From positions 1-55,583 of IMG/VR virus record IMGVR_UViG_3300028197_000011: a stretch of 55,583 nt of DNA; one strand, written 5' to 3'. Below are positions 11,501 to 20,500 of this stretch, piece by piece. Made by a program: the position numbers and the translations under genes. The DNA comes from a virus. Its lineage: Duplodnaviria; Caudoviricetes. The notes beneath the pieces are model-generated. The model had not been told where the DNA came from. It made no database searches and worked only from the letters and a program-made list of their open reading frames with translations. The number at the start of each line of letters is the position of its first letter. Within the stretch, counting starts at the first letter, position 1.

Positions 11501-14500
11501 CCCCACTTTATTTACGGCAAACTACGATGGTAACGCAAGGTTATACAATCGCGCTCCTAACTCTATTGGTATATCAGGTTTATGGACTTTATCAGTATTA
11601 GTTAATGATAAACACGTAGGAGATATATTTACTGAACAACAATCTTTCTCACAAACTTATGATGAATTTTTAAATATTGATGTTAACGTAGGTGATGAAA
11701 TTGCTTTGAGTGGAGTTACAACTAGTGTTAATCATGTAGCTGATGAATTTAATCTTATCTGCGAGTACGTAGGTATTCATATGAACACTTACGCCCCTTC
11801 ATATTACAAGCCTTATAAGACTATTAATTGGACTGAATCTGGACACGAGTTAGAAGACAATATAGTTGATGCGTTTGACCACGCTGTTAGAGCTTCAGGT
11901 GCTGATGGATATATAAACTTTGGAGATGTAGACACAGCTGATGGGTTTGCTATCTTCATGAGGTTTTCACCAGATATTACAGTTAGCGGTGTTAATCCAG
12001 ACTATAACCTTTGGAATTCTGGAGTACTATTCCACAAGCAAGATGCAGGGCAAGACTTAGAATTTGGTCTTAAGTATAACTATGGCAAGCTTCAAGCTTA
12101 TGCGCAAGATGATTTGGGCAATATTATTAGTATTGAAGACACTACTGATTATACTGAGTATCAATATCCTTTATCTGTATTACTAACTTATAATGCCAAC
12201 AAAAATGAGAAATTAAAACTATACACTCATAATGAAATGGCAACTGAAGAGTGGACAAGACTAAGAGCAGAATCAAATATATTTAATTTAAATGATGGCA
12301 ATAGTGACCTCACGTTTGCTTACGATAAAGAAAATGATATAGGTTTCAATGCATTTGTTACAGAGATAGGAATATCGAACTCTCACCCAGACGGTGGTTC
12401 TAATATAGTTGATGGTACTCCAGAAAAGTCATACTCTCAAGCTAATGTAGATACATTCTTTGATACTATAACAACTACTCATGATGATAGCAATCCATTG
12501 TGGCAATTTGTTGACAATAAAACTACTGAATGGAATCTTGGTGCATTTAAATACTGCTCGTTTGGTAATGACTTCAATACTATGACTACTCGTAACGGTG
12601 AAGATTATGTATATCACACTTATTACCATGACGGGCTAGACTATGCTGCTAGAACAGATATTAGTCTACCAGAATCCTTAAGCAACGCATCTGGTGTAGC
12701 GTATCATTCTCAGGTAGAAAATGATATGCTTAGATTTAATGTGGGTGGAAAGTCTGAAGAATTCTATGCTATTAGACCTAGAATTGCTAGAGCGTTTCCA
12801 AGAAGTTACATGTTGGCTGAAGACGCTCTGCGAGTTAACACTGTTTTACAACATCATTGTGATGGAGATATTTTCTGGCCTGATGGTAACAAGGGAGCCA
12901 AGTTAATTGTTAGTCTATATACTCCAGCGAAAGAAAGTGAGTTGACACCAACTAAGAATTATGGATTAATTAATAGAGCTACTCACTACGTTAATCCAGA
13001 AGATTGTTGGAATAAAATTAGAAGTGTATTTACTCTTAATGATATAAAAGACAAGACTAGCGAACCTTGGGCATTTTTTGACACTACCATAACAAAGCAA
13101 GAACTATCTGAAAACTATTTTTCAAAAGAAATAGACGATATGTTCATCCAGTATGATTTAGTTTATCCTTCAGGTGGTAATTATACAGAATCGAAAATTA
13201 CTATTCATTCTTTAGATGTTTCTTTACATGACGCTTTAACAAAAGAAGCTACAGTTACTGACTATTTATTCTTGCACTCTTCTGGCGCTTTTATGCAAGA
13301 GTCTGACGTTAACTTATTCTCTGACGCAAAGGGCATTAGTAACGACTACCTATGGCTTAGTAATACTGGTATAGCTTATGTTCCCTCTTCTGGAGAATTA
13401 TGGCTTACAACTTCAGGAACATTCAGAGATACAAACGACTTAATGTTAATGCAGCCAGATGTTTACGGCACTGCTACTAGTGATGATACGGGATCTAATT
13501 TTGGTGCAAACTTTGGTTCTGAAGAAGATCTTTCTGATCCACACAGAGACAGCGTAAAAATTCTTTTACCTTTTGATAATCATCTTAATGATATTTCTAT
13601 AAATAATCATTCAGCATCTCTTATTGATCAGATTACCCCCTTACTAACTAGTATATACCCAACCTTATCAAGCAATTCTGTTTTTGAAAATGGACAATCT
13701 GCTAACTTTGTAGATACGGAAGTGGGAAGCGATTGGATGAAGGGTAAATCAACCTTGAAATATGAAGGGGTTCAATTCGACCCAACAGGTATGGATGGAG
13801 ATTGGATGATAGATTTCTGGTATAACTTATATAATACTGAGAATTTCTCAGGATACGAATCACCGCAGGGAGCATGGCGAACTCAAGTTGGTTTTCACGC
13901 GACAATTTTTGAGTGGGGAAAATGGCAGCGAACGGAACATGGTATGCACGGCGCTGAAACTAAATTTGTTGGTATGAAGCTCGTATGGGCAAATGGTATT
14001 CTATCTTTAAAATTTGGTCTAAATCATTATGGCGCGGAGGCAACTCCATATCCAGAAGGTTGGACTTGGAGGGATCACCATAGTTTGTTTGACTCAAGCG
14101 AAGGTCTGAGTGCAACGGGTATGGCTGGTAGTGGAGACGACATAACTAGAAACGACAACCCAGCTGATTGGGTAACTTACGCATCTATAGGAGTAATCAA
14201 TAGACCTGATCGCCCAAATGTACCACATTACAATACAGATTTTTATGGATATGAAGATATTAGAAATATTTGGTCTAAGTTTATAATTAGAAAAATTGGT
14301 ACAGTTATTCAAATTTTTATCAATGAAGAAAAAGTAGCAGAAGCTGATATAGGTCGATGGAAATTCGATTCTTTTGATGAAGTTAATTACGATCCTTCAC
14401 TTGGTATTCCAGATAGTAACCCTCTTCAATTTAGATCAGGATATAATCATGAATTCTTGCTAGATGATTTTAGAATAACTATGGGTTCAGCAAGAAGTAC

Positions 14501-17500
14501 TGACATCAATTCAAATCCTACAACATCTCCCGACGCTGAATCCAATGGGTTATCTATATCTTCACCAATACCATCTCGTAGTCCAATAATAGAGCCACCA
14601 CCACCTCCACCACCTCCTACAACTCCTCCACCAGTTATTGGTTTGAGTATGCGTACTGTCGGAGGATACCCCAACACTCGTCAAGACATACATTTGTATT
14701 CTACTGGTACTGCTGAACTCATAAGTTCTAATGCTACATTACCTCTCAATCTTTTAGATTATGATAATCCAAATACACTTACTAATACATTTGATCTTTA
14801 TGTGTTATGTCTTCCCTCCGCATATACTCCTGAATATACTACTATTGATGCTGGTTTTAATTTATATTCTCTAGCTCCCCCATTAGCCCCTACTCCTTAT
14901 AGTGATAGTATTGCTCTTTTCTTAGAAGCTACTCCTATAATTTTAGATGTTGCTTCTAATATTCCATTATTTTTACAGCATCGCAAGCCAATAAATAGTG
15001 GGCCTAATCAATTAGAATCTTTTGTTTGGGACGGTGATAATTATGGGGTATCTATAGACGTAGTTGATAATAGTTTGGCATCTATATCTGCTAACAACGA
15101 AATACGTGGAGTTAATACTATATGTTATGGATCATGTGACGCTGTTAATAATATCAGTTGTACAGAAGTTGACATTTATACTCACGAAACTTTATGGAAT
15201 CCTTCTCTATGCGCAGAAGGTGGCGTTGCTAGAGCCATAAGAACATATAGCAATCCAGATGTTAACGCTTTTGGTTCGGATGTTCCTTATGATAATCATT
15301 ACTACGGTATGAGAAAGATAACAAATTTAATTCCTTTGGCTCCTTATAATATTATCTTAACAGGAAAAACTGGTAGCGATAAAATATTGGAAGTACCAAG
15401 AGAAATAAAGGAATGGGAATATGGATTTAAAAATGCTTCTACTGGAGACCCTAATAAAAACATTAATTACACTGGACTTAAACTGACAGCCCCCGTGTCA
15501 AACATTGAAAGTAATCATAACTTTGGCAAGGCTGTAACAGTTTTGGGCGACAGGGTTATTATTGGCGCTCCGTTTGAAGATGCCCCAGTTGGTGTTGACG
15601 ATTTATTAAACTCTGATACCGCTTCTTACAATTTAAAAGATGCTGGTAAAATTTACATATACAAAAAAGCCCCAGAAGCTACAGGCTATAGCTGGACAGA
15701 TCAAGATGACAAAGCTCCTTTCGTTTTAGAGCAAGAACTTGTTTTACCTGTGGGTTTCCGTAGGGATTATTATTTTGAAACTACAGAGGAGTTTAAAGAT
15801 GATGCCGGTGATAAGTTAGATTTTGAAGCTACTATTAGAAACTGGGTCAATGTTGGAGAAGGTAGACAGCTTGGTCACTCTCTTGATTCAGCTTCTAGAG
15901 GAGCTAAAGAAGTCATAGTTGCGGGTGGTCCCGGCTCTCTGTGGACAAGAGAATTCTCTCCCATTGCTACGACTCCAGTAAAAATTGCATTAATGGTATT
16001 TAATAATGAGCTTGTAACTAATCCAGCAAATACTAGCTGGCGAAATATTATTGAAGAGTTAAATAATAGAGATGTGTTGTATAGGTATTTTTCTGATCCA
16101 CCTGTAGAGTTCGATATTGAAATTATATTAATGGAACCGCTGTTAGGTTTAGATCTACCTTTCTCAGAGTCTGATGAATTTGATTATCCACAGCCAGATT
16201 TTGTTAGTAAACATCTAGTAAATAGACACTACAACTTTGATTTTAATTCACAAGAATATAAAGATCAAGAAAGTATTATGTTACAAGAGCTTATAAATGT
16301 TTACCATGAAAGATTTCCTCTAGACAGTTCAGCTTTGCACAACGGGATACCACCACTGTTTGGTATTTACATAGATAATTCAAGATCTCTAGGAACTAAC
16401 GCTGTGGGTTATTTTGATGGAGGTTTAACTCAGGGTGCAATTAATAAGTTTATAGAGTATGTAAAAGATTATTCATATGCTAATGGATTAAAATATTTCA
16501 ATAATACTCCCGGCTATACAGAATTTAATGTCACTGTAAAATCAGATGAAGATTGGATAACTCAATCTATTGAATGTTTAAAAGACTTAACTGACCAGAC
16601 TAGACTAAAAAATAGTGGTGGGTTTAATCTTATAGCTAATGATATTGGAACTTTTAACACAAATGCTTCTGAGTTTAATTATCCCCCAGCAAGTGGTGGT
16701 GCTGTATTTGTTTTCGAGAGAGAGCATCATGGCAATTTTGAATTAGTTCAGCATATCGAATCTCCTTCTACCTATAACAATGATGTTTCTGACAGATTTG
16801 GTCACGATGTAGCGATTAGTGATGATGGTAAAGTAATTGTAATAGGCTCTCCATTCTGTGAAGAGGCTGTACAAATATGGGAATATAATGATAGATATGA
16901 TAATATCCTTGACTCGTCGGTGGTTAACGGGAGATTCACTGAGTTCCTATCTGTAGATCATCAAGCAGAAAGATTGAATCAAACGTTTGGAGAAGCCTAT
17001 CAAGCTTATGAGCGTTATATAACTGAAATAGTAAATCAATCTTCTCCGTTTGATTTATTAAGAGATATATATTCTAATGCTTCAGAGTCGCTGAAATATA
17101 AATTTATTCTTTATGCCAACTTGAATTCATACAATAAAATTAAAACTGTTTCCTATAGTTCGTTGTTTTCTGGAGTTGGATCATGGGATAGATTGTACTC
17201 ACGATACATACCAACAGCTAGATTGGGCTATAGTGTAGATGTTAATGAAGATGGTAGCTTAGTTGCGATAGGTTCTCCAACTGATAGTCTTGGAGAAAGA
17301 GACAGTGCGATGACATGGTTTAGGTATGATCAGGCTGGAGGAGAACAGGTTACTGGATACGGTGGTTCTGATTGGCAATGGCAAAATTACACAAACGCTG
17401 GAGCTGTTAGATTATTAGAAAGTAGAGACTACTATCCGCACTCTAGAAAAGTAGTTGAGTATTACAAGTTTGGAAATAAACATGAAAGCATTGCTCCAGA

Positions 17501-20500
17501 AGAAGATTCTGGACTTTTCCTTACTTCTATGCGCAATCTGTTTGCTAGCAGGGGTTATGATTTCTCTAGAACTAGTTTTTCTGAAGATAAGAAAATACCT
17601 CAAGATGCTGGCTTGGCTTTTATAATTACTCCAGAGATAGACGCATCTAGTGATGAGATATTAGATAACATCCGAGAGTGGTTGGCTTATGGAGATAGAC
17701 ATCTTGTCTTAGTTGCTGACGATCCATTATATGAACAAGGTGGAGTATATGAAGATACAAACAAAATAATAAATTATATATTAAAATCATTAGATATAAA
17801 CTTAAGAGTTTATCCATCTAGAAATCGTTATGACGCTTTGCTGGAAGACACTGGACTATTCTTCAATGTTCGTACATCTTTTGTGCCATCAAAGACTACC
17901 AATTCTATATCCACCCCAATTCCGTTAAGAGCCTCTGGCGTAGCTGATATTAGATTCTATGATGAGGGTAAATCTGATCTTTATAGTTGTGACCTACCTT
18001 ATGGCATGAGGAAATCTAGCGATCCATTTGTTATATTAGAACAGATAGACGGTCTAAGCTCAAGTGAAGCTGGACGTATTCAACAGTACAGAGAGTTGCA
18101 CAGTAGGTGTGAACTACCAATCGTTCACGAGGGAGATTTAAGAGCTAAATATACAGATCAGTGCGTCTACAGAAGCTGTAAAGGGGAATCTACCTTGCTC
18201 AACTATCAGCATAATTTAGGGTTTATGTATGGCTCTCACACAACCTGTAATGATTGGGATTGTACAATATGTGACGAGTTTTGCCCACCAGTATTAAGCG
18301 TGAATGATAGAGAAGCTAGTGAGCCTATGCCAATTATGACTGCTTACGAGTCAATAAGTAAAACCATTAACGTTCCCGCAACTCCTGACTATGAAACCTT
18401 TGTAAAAACATTTGTTGGATTCAAAGAACCTTTGCCGGGAGTACCATACTATGACTTCACTGATATAGCATATTCTGGGATACAATACATGTGGTCAGCA
18501 GAGAGTGGTAATTTCTCAGCGATAGATTATAATATTAATAATACTATTAGCCAGAGTCTCTTTTTTGACCCTGAAGAATATAATGGTCAAGATGCATTAT
18601 TACAATCTAAAGCTAGTGTACCTTATGAAACAACAGAAAGACTTGAAAAGATATCTGATACTTTTGATTTTTGTGCTGAAGAAAGATTTGAAGCCTTTAC
18701 TGAATCTTCAGTTATTCTTATAGCTGGAACTTATACAGAAAAGAAAGAATCATTAGTATTACGTGCTGGCGATGTAAATCTTAATTTCTATTTTAATCTT
18801 TTAGCTAAGGATGTAAACGGATCTTGCAAGGTTGCACAGGTTGGTGGATTTACACAAAGAGCTTCTTACCAAGACGGTTATGCGTCTTCTGATATTCAAA
18901 TACAAATGCTTGGCTTAGGAATCAACATGTTAGACACAAATGTTCCTACTCATGAGCTTTATGATGTTTCAAAATATTACGATGTTGCTTGGATAGCTAA
19001 TAGTAATGACTATCCTTCCGACGAAGAAATAGAAGATATCAAAAGATTTTTACGTCTTAAGAATAAAAAGTTAGTAATAACTTATGGTCAAGATTCTGAT
19101 GGTGAAGATTTTGATCCAAGTACTGGTGCTATTAATCCTTCTCTTATTAATAAAGCCAAAATAGCTGAGTACATTTGTGAAAAACTTAACCTTACAATGA
19201 AACCAAGATTTTTAAATGGTAATAATGTTTACGCTTCTACTAGAAACGTCGTCGGAGATTGGCAACTCACTAGTTACTTTATTAATATTAATGAGAGTAG
19301 TCGTCTGTGGGCAGGATTTCCTACTGACCCAAATACGAGAATAGAAGAATTCTATATTAATAATCCACCGTTTGGTCGTAGAGGTAGAGGTCGTGGTTAT
19401 TCCCACGATGTAGTTCCTATTGAAGTGAATTCTGCTTCTCGGGTTGCCTACTTTGACCTACCAATATCAGATTTAATTACGGAAGAGCAGGGAGTGCCAA
19501 CATTCAGGACGGGCATAACTAAAGTGACTTTCGATGTTAAAGAACCTAAAGAAGATCAAGATAAATTTAATCTATTCAAATTGTTCTTTTCTGTTTCTAG
19601 TGAAAGTGAATTAGAAAGTTCTCCTCTTGAAGTATTTGTTAATAATTGTTCAACAACAGTAAGCCATCCAAGTGAAGCCACAGCCGTCGAGAATGGAATA
19701 AATGTAGAAGACGAAAGTGATTCTGGAGATATAATTTTAACTACTATAAAACATGGGTTTCACGAAGAACTTAGAACTGAAAATAGAAAAGAATATGAAG
19801 CTTTTATACAAATACCTTCTGGTGTTCCTAGTTTTGATATATTTATAACTGGATGTAGAAAGAAATATGAATTACAAAGTAATCCAGAATATTTAAGGAC
19901 TAATAGATTAGTAAGCATATCTGGTGTCAGAGTTAAAGCGTTAGAAAAAATAGATGAAAACAGACCAATTCCTATATATGAAGATGTACTTACTATAGTG
20001 CCGGGAACTGACGCTTATTCATATGAATATGATGTAGTTAGAGAAATTAGCAACTCTAGCGCACAGTACTGCTTTGCTGCAAATAGTGATGTTTGCGCCG
20101 AAGACGATCCGGCTGGATATGGAACTGAAGCCAACGCTCCCGATATTCCTGATGGCCCAATGGTAGTAGCTCAGGCTATATACCATCAAGCAGGATTTTT
20201 CTCTGGACATAACAAGTCTAGAGTAACAGTTATTAGTGATGCTAGTTTAATCCAAGGACGTACCACCTTATTAGAAGATGGCGTTCGTGTTAATCCAAGT
20301 CTCGTTAGTTTTCTCACTGGAATGTATCCAGCCACTAGTTTTGATAGCGAAAATTACGGTAGACAGTACGAGTCTGAGTTCAAAATAATTTCCCCTGAAA
20401 GATCTTCTCCTAGTAGATTAATTAATGCTTATCCAGAAAACTCTGGTTTAAATCATAGATTTGGTCAGTACCCAAGCAATGAATTGGCATTAAATAAATA

